Notes: generated by a model not told the origin, from the sequence alone. DNA of 63,286 nt from Octopus bimaculoides (GCF_001194135.2 NC_069010.1:9267112-9330397); one strand, 5' to 3'. Numbered from the stretch's first letter, positions 50,156-62,770 are shown. Numbers and translations are program-made.

Positions 50156-50394
50156 TAATATCTCTCTTATGCCTAACTTCTCTTATATACACCCATAAGG
50201 CGGTTGTAGGACACACACGACTGTATATATATATATATATACCTACTGACTTGGAAGCCTACTACGGATCCTGACTTCCAGCCTCCTCAGCTATGAAAAT
50301 GGAACCTAAAGGATGACCAATTATAGCACTTAGGTAGCGTACCTATTCGTACCAGTGAACTAAATCTCTCATTCTATGTATATATATGTGTGTC

Positions 50395-50600
50395 GTCATC
50401 ATCATCATCATCGTTTAACGTCCGCTTTCCATGCTGGCATGGGTTGGACGGTTTGACTGAGGGCTGGCGAGCCAGAAGGCTGCACCAGGCTCCAATCTGA
50501 TCTGGCAAAGTTTCTACAGCTGGATGCCCTTCCTAATGCCAACCACTCCAAGAGTGTAGTGAATTATTTTTACGTGCCACCAGCACGGGAGCCAGTCATG
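50395..50600 (-). mobile_element. Short RTE 3' end
   Basis: (cat)n cgtttaacgtccgctttccatgctggcatggg. Confidence 0.88.
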
Positions 50601-50624
50601 CAGGCCTGGCATTATTATTATTAA

Positions 50625-50995
50625 GGTGAGCTTACAGAAATGTCACTGTGCCAGGCAAAGTGTTTAGCAACATTTTCTCCATCTTTATGTTCTGAATTTG
50701 AAGGTTCACTTTGTCTTTCATCCTTTTTGGGGTCAATGTAATCAACTTACCCCCACCCCCTCCGAAGTTGCTGTCATTGTTCAAAAATTTGAAACCATTC
50801 ATTAGCACACCAGGCGAAATGCTTAGCGGTATTTCGTCTGCCGTCACGTTCTGAGTTCAAATTCCACCGAGGTCGACTTTGCCTTTCATCCTTTCGGGGG
50901 TCGATTAAATAAGTACCAGTTACGCACTGGAGTCGATGTAATCGACTTAATCCGTTTGTCCCCTGTATGTTTAGCCCCTTGTGGTCAATAAAGAA
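50625..50995 (+). mobile_element. Two adjacent SINE family B copies immediately upstream of ELOB exon 2
   Basis: diverged copy 50625-50780, then ttagcacaccaggcgaaatgcttagcggtatttcg..gagttcaaattccaccgaggtcgactttgcctttcatcctttcggggg. Confidence 0.82.
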
Positions 50996-51024
50996 ATAAT
51001 TATTATTATTATTTATTATTACAG

Positions 51025-51168
51025 GATGTGTTTTTAATGATTAGAAGGAAGAAGTGTACCATCTTTACAGACGTTAAAGAAAACACTACCATTTATGAAG
51101 TAAAGAAGATTGTTGAAGGAATCCTGAAAGTCCCACCAGAGAATCAGAGACTCTTCAGAGATGAAACG
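51025..51168 (+). CDS. ELOB: Elongin B coding exon 2 (ubiquitin-like domain); later exons not found in the window
   Basis: ttattacag/GTGAGG; 144 nt; [48 protein letters not shown] vs human [48 protein letters not shown]. Confidence 0.95.
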
Positions 51169-52225
51169 GTGAGGAATATCCTTCTTTCTCCTTTCTTTCC
51201 ATTTCTAATATCATTCATTTAATGTCTCATGCTCAATGCTGGCGTGGGTTGCGCAGTTTGACGGGAACACAAGGAGTGGAAGGGCTGCATCATCCTCCAG
51301 TGGTGTGGTTTCCACGGCTGGATGCCCTTCTTAATGCCAACCACTTCACAGGTCACAAAGCAGTTTTCAGGATGATGAACCCTACTGGTGGAGGTGGTGG
51401 TTTTTGTGGTTGGGCTTCATGCTAGGGGACAAAGGGATTACCATGAGAAGTGGTGGGAGAGGAGGAAGGTCAGAACAGGGTCTTGTAGAGGGATCTGCAT
51501 GGCTAATTGCACCTAGTAGAGGGAGAAAGAATGCGATAAAGTGTCCAGGTGGCCCCACAAGGCTCAAGCTGAGTAGAAGTGAGTGGGTGGGGGGTTTGCA
51601 TATGTGTGTGTAATATATATATAGGTGAAGGGGTACTTTATGTCCCTTTCTCTTGACATTGTGTAACAGCTGTAAACAAATGTCCCCATCATACAAGTAG
51701 ATAAGAGACAGGATAAATTCTTGGGTTGATTTGTCCGATTAAACCCTTCAAGGTGGTACTCCAGCATGGCAAGATTATCGTTCTCTTAATTTTATATTTA
51801 ATTTCCTTTGTTGACATGAGTTCGACGGGTTGTCAAGTACCCTGTCAATTCTTATTGAAAGTGTCTGTCCACCTTGACAGATTGGGGATTTCTTACTCTT
51901 ACATTCTAAATGTTTCTCTCACAGCTAGGCTTTCTAATTTCAAATGTATGTTTGTATAGGGATACACATCTGTTGCATTTCAAGATGGGAAGTCAACAAA
52001 TGCTTCTTTGATCTTAATATATTTAATCAAGATACTAGTTCTTCTTATTGTTGATAACATAATCCCATCTATTTAGGAAACTCTCAATGTCTGTTTCTTC
52101 ATCATCATTTAATGTGTGTAGGCTACNNNNNNNNNNNNNNNNNNNNNNNNNNNNNNNNNNNNNNNNNNNNNNNNNNNNNNNNNNNNNNNNNNNNNNNNNN
52201 NNNNNNNNNNNNNNNNNNNNNNNNN

Positions 52226-53296
52226 NTTGAATGCATAGCTGTAAAGAAGTACCATGTGGAGGTACAGTCCTATGATGTACCTTGAATGCATAACTGTAAA
52301 GAGGTACCATGTGGAGGTACGGTCCTATGATGTACAGAAAACACTTTGCTGTAAGTAGGTACCATGTGGAGGTACAGTCCTATGAGATACCTTGAATGCA
52401 TAGCTGTAAAGAGGTACCATGTGGAGGTACAGTCCTATGAGATACCTTGAACGCATAGCTGTAAAGAAGTACCATGTGGAGGTACAGTCCTATGAGATAC
52501 CTTGAATGCATAGCTGTAAAGAAGTACCATGTGGAGGTACAGTCCTATGANNNNNNNNNNNNNNNNNNNNNNNNNNNNNNNNNNNNNNNNNNNNNNNNNN
52601 NNNNNNNNNNNNNNNNNNNNNNNNNNNNNNNNNNNNNNNNNNNNNNNNNNNNNNNNNNNNNNNNNNNNNNNNNNNNNNNNNNNNNNNNNNNNNNNNNNNN
52701 NNNNNNNNNNNNNNNNNNNNNNNNNNNNNNNNNNNNNNNNNNNNNNNNNNNNNNNNNNNNNNNNNNNNNNNNNNNNNNNNNNNNNNNNNNNNNNNNNNNN
52801 NNNNNNNNNNNNNNNNNNNNNNNNNNNNNNNNNNNNNNNNNNNNNNNNNNNNNNNNNNNNNNNNNNNNNNNNNNNNNNNNNNNNNNNNNNNNNNNNNNNN
52901 NNNNNNNNNNNNNNNNNNNNNNNNNNNNNNNNNNNNGGTCCTATGATGTACAGAAAACACTTTGCTGTAAGTAGGTACCATGTGGAGGTACAGTCCTATG
53001 AGATACCTTGAATGCATAGCTGTAAAGAGGTACCATGTGGAGGTACAGTCCTATGAGATACCTTGAACGCATAGCTGTAAAGAAGTACCATGTGGAGGTA
53101 CAGTCCTATGAGATACCTTGAATGCATAGCTGTAAAGAAGTACCATGTGGAGGTACAGTCCTATGAGATACCTTGAATGCATAGCTGTAAAGAAGTACCA
53201 TGTGGAGGTACAGTCCTATGATATACCTCGAATGCATAGCTGTAAAGAGGTACCATGTGGAGGTACAGTCCTATGATATGCCTTGAATGCATAGCT
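52226..53296. repeat. 55-bp satellite array with gaps
   Basis: unit gaatgcatagctgtaaaga(a/g)gtaccatgtggaggtacagtcctatgagatacctt. Confidence 0.95.
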
Positions 53297-53749
53297 GAAT
53301 GTATCATGTTGACAGACTGTTTTGATTTTGTTTTATGAAAGGGCATTTGTTCATGGAATTTGTTGCATGGCAGACATAAATGTTCCATTGCAATATTTAG
53401 ATATTTCATAATATATTTTGTTTAACTCCCACTGTTACAAAGTTTGTCTTTTTATCATCCTGGAATGACAGAACATTTATAAAATAAAGTGCCAGGCTTC
53501 TATTGGTATATATTTCATCAACTGTACACCCTTCCTTGCTAAAATATTTGTCCCATGACTGTTGCTGTCTGATTTAATAAATGTTACAGATTCAACAAAC
53601 TAACCCTCTCCCTTGCATGATTTTTCACTTATGTTAAAGTCCTATCAATGTTCATTTTTGTATTTTTTCCTAGTTATCTTCATGTCTCTAAAGATACCAA
53701 ATTTAATGTTTTTAAAATATTTCTCATCATTGTAATGTTTCCTTGAAAT

Positions 53750-56150
53750 TTCCCTCGTCTCTAAGATGTCCTTCTAATGTTCTTATCTCTGTACTGTCCT
53801 CCTGTAACGTCTCTCATCTCTGTAAAATTGTCTTGTAATGTATCTTGTCTCTCTACTGTCTCTCCTGTCTCTACTGTCCTCTTGTAGTGTCCCTCATCTC
53901 TGTAATATTGTCTTGTAATGTCTCTTATTCTGTCCTTTTGTAACGTCTCTCATCTCTGTATTGTCCTCCTGTAAAATCTCTCATCTCTGTAATACTCCCT
54001 TGTAATGTCCCCATCTCTGTAATATTGTCTTGTAATGTCACTCCTCTGTGTACTGTCCTCTTGTAATGTCCACTCATCTCTGTAATACTCCCTTATGATG
54101 TCCCCATCTTTGTAATATTCCTTGTCTCTGTATTGTCCTCCTGTAATGTTCCTTGTCTCTGTACTGTCCTCCTGTAATGTCCCCATCTCTGTAATATTTT
54201 CTCGTAATGTCCCTTGTCTCTGTATTGTCCTCCTGTAATGTCCCCATCTCTGTAATATTTTCTCGTAATGTCCCTTGTCCCTGTATTGTCCTCCTGTAAT
54301 GANNNNNNNNNNNNNNNNNNNNNNNNNNNNNNNNNNNNNNNNNNNNNNNNNNNNNNNNNNNNNNNNNNNNNNNNNNNNNNNNNNNNNNNNNNNNNNNNNN
54401 NNNNNNNNNNNNNNNNNNNNNNNNNNNNNNNNNNNNNNNNNNNNNNNNNNNNNNNNNNNNNNNNNNNNNNNNNNNNNNNNNNNNNNNNNNNNNNNNNNNN
54501 NNNNNNNNNNNNNNNNNNNNNNNNNNNNNNNNNNNNNNNNNNNNNNNNNNNNNNNNNNNNNNNNNNNNNNNNNNATTCCTTGTCTCTGTATTGTCCTCCT
54601 GTAATGTTCCTTGTCTCTGTACTGTCCTCCTGTAATGTCCCCATCTCTGTAATATTTTCTCGTAATGTCCCTTGTCTCTGTATTGTCCTCCTGTAATGTC
54701 CCCATCTCTGTAATATTTTCTCGTAATGTCCCTTGTCCCTGTATTGTCCTCCTGTAATGTCCCCATCTCTGTAATATTTTCTCGTAATGTCCCTTGTCCC
54801 TGTATTGTCCTCCTGTAATGACCCCATCTCTAATATTTTCTCGTAATGTCCCTTGTCTCTGTATTGTCCTCCTGTAATGTCCCCATCTCTGTAATATTTT
54901 CTCGTAATGTTCCTTGTCTCTGTACTGTCCTCCTGTAATGTCCCCATCTCTGTAATATTTTCTCNNNNNNNNNNCCTCCTGTAATGTCCCCATCTCTGTA
55001 ATATTTTCTCGTAATGTTCCTTGTCTCTGTACTGTCCTCCTGTAATGTCCCCATCTCTGTAATATTTTCTCGTAATGTCCCTTGTCTCTGTATTGTCCTC
55101 CTGTAATGTTCCTTGTCCCTGTACTGTCCTCCTGTAATGTTCCTTGTCTCTGTATTGTCCTCCTGTAATGTCCCCATCTCTGTAATATTTTCTCGTAATG
55201 TCCCTTGTCCCTGTACTGTCCTCCTGTAATGTTCCTTGTCTCTGTACTGTCCTCCTGTAATGTCCCCATCTTTGTAATATTCCTTGTCTCTGTACTGTCC
55301 TCCTGTAATGTCTNNNNNNNNNNNNNNNNNNNNNNNNNNNNNNNNNNNNNNNNNNNNNNNNNNNNNNNNNNNNNNNNNNNNNNNNNNNNNNNNNNNNNNN
55401 NNNNNNNNNNNNNNNNNNNNNNNNNNNNNNNNNNNNNNNNNNNCTGTAATGTTCCTTGTCTCTGTACTGTCCTCCTGTAATGTCCCCATCTTTGTAATAT
55501 TCCTTGTCTCTGTACTGTCCTCCTGTAATGTCCCCATCTCTGTAATATTTTCTCGTAATGTCCCTTGTCCCTGTACTGTTCCTTGTCTCTGTACTGTCCT
55601 CCTGTAATGTCCCCATCTCTGTAATATTTTCTCGTAATGTTCCTTGTCTCTGTATTGTCCTCCTGTAATGTTCCTTGTCTCTGTACTGTCCTCCTGTAAT
55701 GTCCCCATCTTTGTAATATTCCTTGTCTCTGTACTGTCCTCCTGTAATGTCTCCATCTCTGTAATATTTTCTCGTAATGTTCCTTGTCTCTTTATTGTCC
55801 TCCTGTAATGTCTCCATCTCTGTAATATTTTCTCGTAATACACCCTTGTCTCTGTACTGTCCTTTTGTAATGTTCTTCATCTCTGTATTGTCCTCCTGTA
55901 ATGTCCCCATCTCTGTAATATTGTCTTGTAATGTTCCTTGTCTCTGTACTGTCCTCCTGTAATGTTCCTTGTCTCTGTATTGTCCTCCTGTAATGTCTCT
56001 CATCTCCGTATTGTCCCTTGTCTTTGTAAATGTCCCAATGTCCCTCATTTCTGTGTTGTCCTCTTGTAATATCCATAAACTGTGTAATGTCCTTTTGTAA
56101 TGTCTCCAATCTTTGTAGTGTCCACTTGTAACACACCCAATCATCTGCAA
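53750..56150. repeat. Composite minisatellite of 30/31-bp subunits (61-bp dimer) with degenerate edges
   Basis: cctgtaatgtccccatctctgtaatattttctcgtaatgtcccttgtctctgtattgtcct repeats at 54171 and 54232. Confidence 0.95.
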
Positions 56151-57319
56151 TGCTCTGAAATTATTATTTAGCAGTAAATTAATTTCTGATTTATTTTTTT
56201 AGTCTTTTACGTCCACGGGAAGGTAAAAATGCTGGTTCATTTGTGAGGACAATAATTTATTCTGAGGAAGACTTCAGCACCATTTCTTGCTGGTCGAGTA
56301 ATTGCATAGAGGCTTCCTCACTTGTTTACAGTGTTCCACATTATATATATGTTTAGTTTTCAGCTCAGCCTTCACTGAGGAGACAGACCTATAATTCTGA
56401 CATTCCAGTGGTGACCATTCCATCTATTTTATCAGATGTAGTCTCTCTACAACCACAGGCCATACTTTTAGGGACTCCCAATAAAACATATGATCCAAGA
56501 CAGTCAACCCATGACCATCTTGACATATTATTCTTTTCACACCTGAGATTAAATTACCTAATGTATCCTTCCCCCTTTTTTTTTTTAAGGACTAGGGTCT
56601 GATTGGAGGGAGGGCTTACTTGCTCTATCTTTCAGCTCAGTTGACAACAAACATGGTCTCACGTTGACCCACAGAATTTCTTCTAAGTCCACGGGGTACG
56701 GCATAACAACTACTGCAGTATGCATGTCCCCTGAATCTCTGTAGAGAACCCCTAAACCTAAAAAAAAAAAAAATATCAAAACTTAATATATAAATAAAAT
56801 AAAAAAGAACAAAAAACTTTTTATTAATATTTTTGATCTTTTTTTGTTTGTTTTTTATCCTTATGGGNNNNNNNNNNNNNNNNNNNNNNNNNNNNNNNNN
56901 NNNNNNNNNNNNNNNNNNNNNNNNNNNNNNNNNNNNNNNNNNNNNNNNNNNNNNNNNNNNNNNNNNNNNNNNNNNNNNNNNNNNNNNNNNNNNNNNNNNN
57001 NNNNNNNNNNNNNNNNNNNNNNNNNNNNNNNNNNNNNNNNNNNNNNNNNNNNNNNNNNNNNNNNNNNNNNNNNNNNNNNNNNNNNNNNNNNNNNNNNNNN
57101 NNNNNNNNNNNNNNNNNNNNNNNNNNNNNNNNNNNNNNNNNNNNNNNNNNNNNNNNNNNNNNNNNNNNNNNNNNNNNNNNNNNNNNNNNNNNNNNNNNNN
57201 NNNNNNNNNNNNNNNNNNNNNNNNNNNNNNNNNNNNNNNNNNNNNNNNNNNNNNNNNNNNNNNNNNNNNNNNNNNNNNNNNNNNNNNNNNNNNNNNNNNN
57301 NNNNNNNNNNNNNNNNNNN

Positions 57320-57643
57320 AGATTGGACCCTGGTGCAGCCATCTGGTTCACCAGTCCTCAGTCAAACTGTCCAACCCATGCTAGCATGGAAAGCAGATGT
57401 TAAACGACGATGATGATGATGATGATGATGATATGCCAGTACCTCTTGACTGGCCTTCGTGCCGGTGGCACATAAAAGCACCCACTACACTCTCTGAGTG
57501 GTTGGCGTTAGGAAGGGCATCCAGCTGTAGAAACTCTGCCAGATCAGATTGGATCCTGGTGCAGCCATCCGGTTCACCAGTCGAATCGTCCAACCCATGC
57601 TAGCATGGAAAGCGGACGTTAAACGATGATGATGATGATGATG
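57320..57643 (+). mobile_element. Two tandem RTE 3' ends next to a gap
   Basis: ccaacccatgctagcatggaaagc..gttaaacga(tga)n occurs twice (about 57372 and 57590). Confidence 0.85.
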
Positions 57644-57775
57644 AATAATAACAATAATAATAATAATAATAAAGCAAACAAAATATATCAAAATTAATTC
57701 ATGATTTATTCAGGATTCAGGACGTTCTAGACAGAGAATGCAGATTAAACAGTAAACATTTGTTGTTGTAGTAGA

Positions 57776-57825
<50 letters not shown>

Positions 57826-58254
57826 CAGAAGTAGTTGTTTCAATTTTTTTTACTGGTNNNNNNNNNNGGGGGTGAGGGAAATTTATTGATTTTGTTTTTA
57901 AACAGAAAAAACTATTTTACATTTATTTTTTAATTTTTTTTTTAATCAACAAGTTGAAAAATAGCGGCAACGTTTCTATCATTCTCAAAATACAAACCGA
58001 AAAAAACACACACATACACACAAAGAAATGTGTGTGTGTGTGTATATAAATATACATGTTCACATACACATCTATACACATACATACATATATAGACATA
58101 AATATATGTGTTTGTAAGTATATATATATAATTATATATATATGTGCATATATATGTGTATATATGTGTGTGCATATATATGTATATATATGCGTGTGTA
58201 TATGTCTGTGAGTAAACACATACATATATCTATATCTATATATATATATATATA

Positions 58255-58381
58255 CAGGGTGTCCACAAGGTCTGGGTACATGGGGTAAATAAAATCATAA
58301 CATAAACAATTAAATATAAGAAATAATAATTTCTTAAAGTATGTGTTAATCCCCATGTACCCAGACTTTGTGGACACCCTG
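58255..58381. mobile_element. 127-bp Tc1/mariner-type MITE
   Basis: 31-bp TIRs cagggtgtccacaaggtctgggtacatgggg / ccccatgtacccagactttgtggacaccctg (1 mismatch), flanked by TA on both sides. Confidence 0.9.
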
Positions 58382-59243
58382 TATATNNNNNNNNNNNNNN
58401 NNNNNNNNNNNNNNNNNNNNNNNNNNNNNNNNNNNNNNNNNNNNNNNNNNNNNNNNNNNNNNNNNNNNNNNNNNNNNNNNNNNNNNNNNNNNNNNNNNNN
58501 NNNNNNNNNNNNNNNNNNNNNNNNNNNNNNNNNNNNNNNNNNNNNNNNNNNNNNNNNNNNNNNNNNNNNNNNNNNNNNNNNNNNNNNNNNNNNNNNNNNN
58601 NNNNNNNNNNNNNNNNNNNNNNNNNNNNNNNNNNNNNNNNNNNNNNNNNNNNNNNNNNNNNNNNNNNNNNNNNNNNNNNNNNNNNNNNNNNNNNNNNNNN
58701 NNNNNNNNNNNNNNNNNNNNNNNNNNNNNNNNNNNNNNNNNNNNNNNNNNNNNNNNNNNNNNNNNNNNNNNNNNNNNNNNNNNNNNNNNNNNNNNNNNNN
58801 NNNNNNNNNNNNNNNNNNNNNNNNNNNNNNNNNNNNNNNNNNNNNNNNNNNNNNNNNNNNNNNNNNNNNNNNNNNNNNNNNNNNNNNNNNNNNNNNNNNN
58901 NNNNNNNNNNNNNNNNNNNNNNNNNNNNNNNNNNNNNNNNNNNNNNNNNNNNNNNNNNNNNNNNNNNNNNNNNNNNNNNNNNNNNNNNNNNNNNNNNNNN
59001 NNNNNNNNNNNNNNNNNNNNNNNNNNNNNNNNNNNNNNNNNNNNNNNNNNNNNNNNNNNNNNNNNNNNNNNNNNNNNNNNNNNNNNNNNNNNNNNNNNNN
59101 NNNNNNNNNNNNNNNNNNNNNNNNNNNNNNNNNNNNNNNNNNNNNNNNNNNNNNNNNNNNNNNNNNNNNNNNNNNNNNNNNNNNNNNNNNNNNNNNNNNN
59201 NNNNNNNNNNNNNNNNNNNNNNNNNNNNNNNNNNNNNNNNNNN

Positions 59244-59470
59244 TATACACACACACACACACATATAGATACATATATATACAAACACATACAAATACCT
59301 ACATCCACACAGATGTGTGTGTATAAATATATATATATGTGTGTGTGTGTGTATATATATATATACACACACACACACACATATAGATACATATATATAC
59401 AAACACATACAAATACCTACATCCACACAGATGTGTGTGTATAAATATATATATATGTGTGTGTGTGTGT
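59244..59470. repeat. 118-bp tandem duplication of microsatellite-rich sequence at a gap edge
   Basis: atatagatacatatatatacaaacacatacaaatacctacatccacacag at 59263 and 59381. Confidence 0.85.
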
Positions 59471-60330
59471 GCACACACGTAAGTACATGAATAAACATAT
59501 ACATATATATATATATATAAACATCGTGGTCAGATATGCTATTATTGTATACATACTTGAATTTTACTATTTAAATATAGTTCATACAAACAAGCCTCTT
59601 TTTTTTTTAAGCAATTGAATTTATATTTTAATGGAAAAATAATGTTTCTTTTTAACAAAACACAGACGATAAAAGACCAATCAAATACGAGAAAGGTTGG
59701 ACAAAACATACAATTGTATACATAAATACATACAGGAACAAGATCTAGCACAAGAAAACAACCCAAATCAGCCAATGGCATGAATTAAGGTAAATCAAGT
59801 ATGTATGGATGTACTGAAAGAGGCAAACCAAAACTTCTCGGATGAATTCAAATCTACCTCTTAGTTGGAGAGAGAAAATAAAAACAAAGCAAAACATCTA
59901 AAAAGCTTACGGCAATTCGCTACAAAAGGGGAGGTCATTCAGGAAGAGAAGAATACATAATAAAAAAATTGCCACGCTTAAGGGAAAAAAATAATTAAAA
60001 TTTTATTAGACACATTTTGCTAGTGCCCCAAAAATATTTTTAACACTCTTATATTATATTTCACTTCTCGGAGCTCTTAGTCTTACTTGCTCCGTATGAT
60101 TCTTCGTGAGCGGAGAACGTGTTGTCAGAGGTCTTGCAGGATCCCTTTCCGCAATTTATAAGGCTTGGTATTTGGATGTCAAGTATCATAGGGGACTCTC
60201 AACAGCCAAGCAACAATCTCAAAATCCTAGCTGTCCCCAGTTGAGCAAATTTTTGCTCTACCCTCATGTTATTATTATTATTATTATTATTATATTTTAA
60301 AAAGGATTGACGTAACTCTTCACGAAGGTA

Positions 60331-60523
60331 AATAGTCAAGACGAAGAGCGTGATTCGGTTGTATAGATGTTTTATTCGTTGAACAATATTTCGACAGCAT
60401 GTCTGTCTTTTTCAAGTTAATCACCTTTTGTTTTGAACTTGAAAAAGACATACATGGTGTCGAAATATTGTTCAAAGAATAAAACATCTATACAACCGAA
60501 TCACGCTCTTCGTCTTGACTATT
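60331..60523. other. Inverted repeat, 88-bp arms, 17-nt spacer
   Basis: 60331-60418 vs 60436-60523; 3 mismatches. Confidence 0.95.
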
Positions 60524-60853
60524 GTTATAATTATTATTATAATGTGCCACATGTAAAAAAAACTATATGTATTAATAAAATAGGTTCACTAACGAGGCCC
60601 GATAGGATCAAAACATGACCATTGCTGTCACCAGAGCTGCTAACAATAACAGAGATTTTTCCAGTAGGTATGGGGATTTCAATTCTTCAGATTTATTTAT
60701 TAAAGCTATCTCCACCCCCATTGCATTGCGAGTTGTTAATAAACACTGCTAGGCTTTTGTTTTCTTCCTCCAACAAACTTGAATGCATCAAGAAATATTT
60801 GCATATGTTATCCAGTACATCTGTACATAGTTATCACACACGTGTACGTAAGC

Positions 60854-60893
<40 letters not shown>

Positions 60894-60940
60894 ATATATA
60901 TATATATATGTATGTATATATATATATATATATATGTATG

Positions 60941-60971
<31 letters not shown>

Positions 60972-61527
60972 GTATGTATTTATGTATTTCTTTGTTTTTT
61001 ATCTACTCTTCTTCCAGTGGTAGTTGACATTGTTGTGATGGATAACAGCGGAGATTGGTGTTTGACGTGAGGGGTAACAGGTCTTTGGCAAGCTACAGAA
61101 CTGCATTGCTGGCTGGGCGGTCTGTTGGTCTCCCCTCCTTTGCAGAAGCTACGACACGTCCTTTGAGACCATCACGCAGCGGTAGAGAAGGGTAGCTGCC
61201 AAAGCTAGCCCCAGCGGAACGAGCCAATTGGTCCATGTACTGGAATTCAAAACAAGACAATGTGAAGAGTTTCACAATCAGAAGCAGTTTAGAAGTTCCG
61301 GCAATAAATATCACCAACATAAACAGAAAGACGGAAATTTGGGAGCAGGGGTTAAAAACTGATTGTATCAACCCCAGTTGATACAATCTTCATTTTACCG
61401 ACTCCGGAAAGAATCAAAGCGACGTTGATCTCAGCAGGAATTATTCTGTTGGATAATCTTAAAAATTTGCCAATCTATCATCCTTAGTAATAACAATGAT
61501 AATGATTTTAAATTTACACACACACAC

Positions 61528-61560
<33 letters not shown>

Positions 61561-61563
<3 letters not shown>

Positions 61564-62133
61564 TTGCCAGTGCCCCTGGACTGGTTCTTGTGCGGGTGGC
61601 ACATGAGATGCACCATTTTGAGCGTGGCCGTTGCCAGTACCGCCTGACTGGTTCCCGTAGGATTTTCGAGCGAGATCGTTGCCAGTGCCCCTGGACTGGC
61701 TCTTGTGCGGGTGGCACATAAAAGACACCATTTCGAGCGTGGCCGTTTTCGTGCGGGTGACACGTAAAAGCACCCACTACACTCTCTGAGTGGTTGGCGT
61801 TAGAAAGGGCATCCAGCTGTAGAAACTCTGCCAGATCAGATTGGAGCCTGGTGTAGCCATCCTGGTTTCACCAGTCCTCAGTCAAATCGTCCAACCCATG
61901 CTAGCATGGAAAGCGGACGTTAAACGATGATGATGATGGTGCTACGTAAAAAGCACTGGTGATGGTGACATGCAAAAAGTACCCAGGACACATTTGTAAA
62001 GTGGTTGGTGTTGGGAAGGGCACCCAGCCATAGAAATCAAGACAAAACAGACTATGAAACATGGGGCAGCCGCTGACCATGCCACTTCCTGTCAAGCTGC
62101 CCAGCTAATACCAGCATGGAAAATGGACATTAA

Positions 62134-62163
<30 letters not shown>
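61561..62163 (+). mobile_element. Young RTE 3' end (61561-61937) followed by an older diverged copy
   Basis: near-exact reverse complement of 9684-10075; second diverged copy ends ccagcatggaaaatggacattaaa(tga)n. Confidence 0.88.
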
Positions 62164-62166
<3 letters not shown>

Positions 62167-62574
62167 CTAGTCGATCATTAGGTCATTCCCACTCAAAATT
62201 TTAATTAAGCTAAATACACCTTGTGAGGTTAATTACTTGACGGATTTATTAGAGACTTGAAACTATTAGGTATTGTCTCGTTATTTATTCATTTTTCACC
62301 TGGGCTACTTGTTTATTACCTTTTCACTGACCAATCGTATATAACTCATATCTTATGACTCACTGATATATTTTTATTGCTCTTTTCAGACGTGTTTTAT
62401 ATATAAATTTTTTTCTTTATAGTTTCTTTTGTCAGAGCTGCTTCGAAATTCCCATGACCATCCCACTGAATCTTTATAAACATACCCTCTCGCCAACAGT
62501 CATTCTCCTCGAACTTACTCGACCCCATTGCCTTTGCAAACTGGAACAGGTTTGAACACGTTTTCATCTTTTAT

Positions 62575-62770
62575 CATTTACTTGTGTCAGCCATTGGACT
62601 GTGGCCATGCTGGAGCACCGCCTTGAAGGGTTTTGCTAGAACAAATCGACCCCAGTAGTTATTTTTCTAAAACCTGGTTCTTATCCTACCTGTCCCTTTT
62701 TCCCAAATCTCAAAAAGTCATAGGGACATAAACAAACCAACACCAGTTGTCAAGCAATGATGGGGAAAAA
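62575..62770 (-). mobile_element. SINE family A, 3' half
   Basis: tcagccattggactgtggccatgctggagcaccgccttgaagg...caacaccagttgtcaagc. Confidence 0.75.

Noticed and set aside
52035-52126. Protein-like minus-strand peptide SLHTLNDDEETDIESFLNRWDYVINNKKN* at a gap edge
   Set aside because: No recognisable homology and the 5' side is in a gap; neither an exon nor a TE call can be supported
52226-53296. Possible CRISPR-like array (also considered for 13723-13944)
   Set aside because: Eukaryotic intronic context and no cas genes; the 55-bp units have no unique spacers; the 13.7-kb array conserves only 5-bp half-sites
53950-56150. Similarity of the satellite peptides to reflectins (Tyr/Arg/Gly/Asp-rich)
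   Set aside because: No MDMSNY.MD..GR reflectin motif and low Met content; the composition follows from the DNA repeat
56200-56230. ttttttag|TCTTTTACGTCCACGGGAAG|GTAAAA as ELOB exon 3
   Set aside because: Only FTS matches; wrong length and lacks the LDD.KTL..CG and PATVGLA blocks
60214-60268. Minus-strand QLGTARILRLLLGC*, resembling the R4/Dong LINE C-terminal motif LGTARIL
   Set aside because: Too short, with no upstream endonuclease/RT sequence; cannot be supported
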